From Megasphaera elsdenii DSM 20460 (GTDB lineage Bacteria > Bacillota > Negativicutes > Veillonellales > Megasphaeraceae): 32,000 nucleotides of DNA. The notes beneath the pieces are model-generated. The model searched no databases and was not told the DNA's origin. It was given only the letters and a program-made list of their open reading frames with translations. A program made the position numbers and the translations under genes. Of this stretch, positions 31,723 through 32,000 are shown piece after piece. How positions within the stretch are numbered: the stretch's first letter is position 1; every line of letters begins with the position of its first letter. Location of the stretch: contig NZ_CP027570.1 of the NCBI RefSeq assembly GCF_003010495.1, forward strand, positions 630,001-662,000, in the 5' to 3' direction.

Positions 31723-32000
31723 AAGCTTCACGATACTTGCCGGTTCGATTCCAGAAAAAATTATGCCCCAACAACCTTTTTCTCCGCTAACCTTGCAGTT
31801 TTGCCAAGATTTCGCGCACCAATTACAACAACGGCCTATCGCCAAAGAAGAGCCTGACTGGGCCGCTTTCAGTTTTTGGCTGCGCCCGCGAAAATTAGAA
31901 AGTTATAGAAAACTACTCACTTTTCCTGAAAAAAGATTAGGCCGAGGATTGACCTTTCATATAGCGCCAGCGAATATGCCTACCATGTTTTTATATAGTT
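31709..32000 (+). CDS. LuxC-like acyl-CoA/acyl-protein reductase (N-terminal part; continues beyond the window)
   Basis: My translation from ATG 31709 is MRTTKSFTILAGSIPEKIMPQQPFSPLTLQFCQDFAHQLQQRPIAKEEPDWAAFSFWLRPRKLESYRKLLTFPEKRLGRGLTFHIAPANMPTMFLYS. It stays open to position 32000. HIAPANMP...F.YS resembles the LuxC family. It overlaps the LuxE-like gene by 14 nt. Confidence 0.6.
   Translation, partial: MRTTKSFTILAGSIPEKIMPQQPFSPLTLQFCQDFAHQLQQRPIAKEEPDWAAFSFWLRPRKLESYRKLLTFPEKRLGRGLTFHIAPANMPTMFLYS

Noticed and set aside
31742-31752. An 11-nt identity (GGTTCGATTCC) between the LuxC-like gene and the T-arm of tRNA-Sec (20906..20916), considered as a possible attR of a selC-integrated island.
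   Set aside because: The match is too short. It covers the generic T-loop sequence rather than the tRNA 3' end. It also lies inside an intact coding frame (…LAGSIPEK…). Chance or convergence is more likely than an att site.
1-32000. CRISPR arrays, rRNA genes, IS elements, transposases, integrases and toxin-antitoxin pairs.
   Set aside because: There is no regular repeat-spacer pattern of 25-40 nt. No ORF has DDE, serine-recombinase or tyrosine-recombinase motifs, and I saw no terminal inverted repeats. The only repeats seen are short hairpins and heptad tracts.

Overview
This window looks like Megasphaera (Negativicutes) chromosome. The 137-aa ORF at 16475..16888 matches, as far as I recall it, the classical Megasphaera elsdenii flavodoxin. 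The window has two parts. Part A (1 to ~21.3 kb) gives about 53-58% GC in spot counts of single 60-nt lines. It carries housekeeping and accessory genes: a partial DUF815-type ATPase, folP, a YgiD-like extradiol dioxygenase, a YhaN/YhaO (SbcCD-like) pair translationally coupled to a MocR/PdxR-type regulator, a hexokinase-family protein, thiS-thiG-thiH plus a ThiE/TenI-family gene and a nicotinamidase-like hydrolase, a PaaI-thioesterase/LUD/RseC operon, DUF3793 plus flavodoxin, a PTS EIICBA, 4-hydroxybutyrate dehydrogenase, tRNA-Sec and tatA. Part B (~21.3 kb to the right edge) gives about 38-42% GC by the same spot counts and begins a few hundred bp after tRNA-Sec. It holds two divergent operons. 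The minus-strand operon is abfD - abfT - permease - orphan 204-aa ORF - GldA-like dehydrogenase, followed by a 112-codon ORF that the ORF track does not show because it contains an in-frame TGA (a C-U motif). I consider that ORF a candidate selenoprotein. The plus-strand cluster is Nfu-like - Cys-rich/MaoC fusion - carrier protein - MBL hydrolase - LuxE-like - LuxC-like, and it runs off the window. The 580-bp AT-rich spacer between the two operons has sigma-54-type -24/-12 boxes facing each operon and a perfect 10-bp inverted repeat. Other items: a terminator-embedded leader upstream of thiS (a candidate thiS-motif HMP-PP riboswitch rather than a THI-box), similar leader terminators before folP and the GldA-like gene, a family of near-identical terminator stems followed by 7-nt-periodic TAG/CTAG tracts, and a decayed DUF4143-ATPase pseudogene. 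I found no CRISPR array, rRNA, transposase or integrase. Everything here is manual reading, with no searches or folding run.
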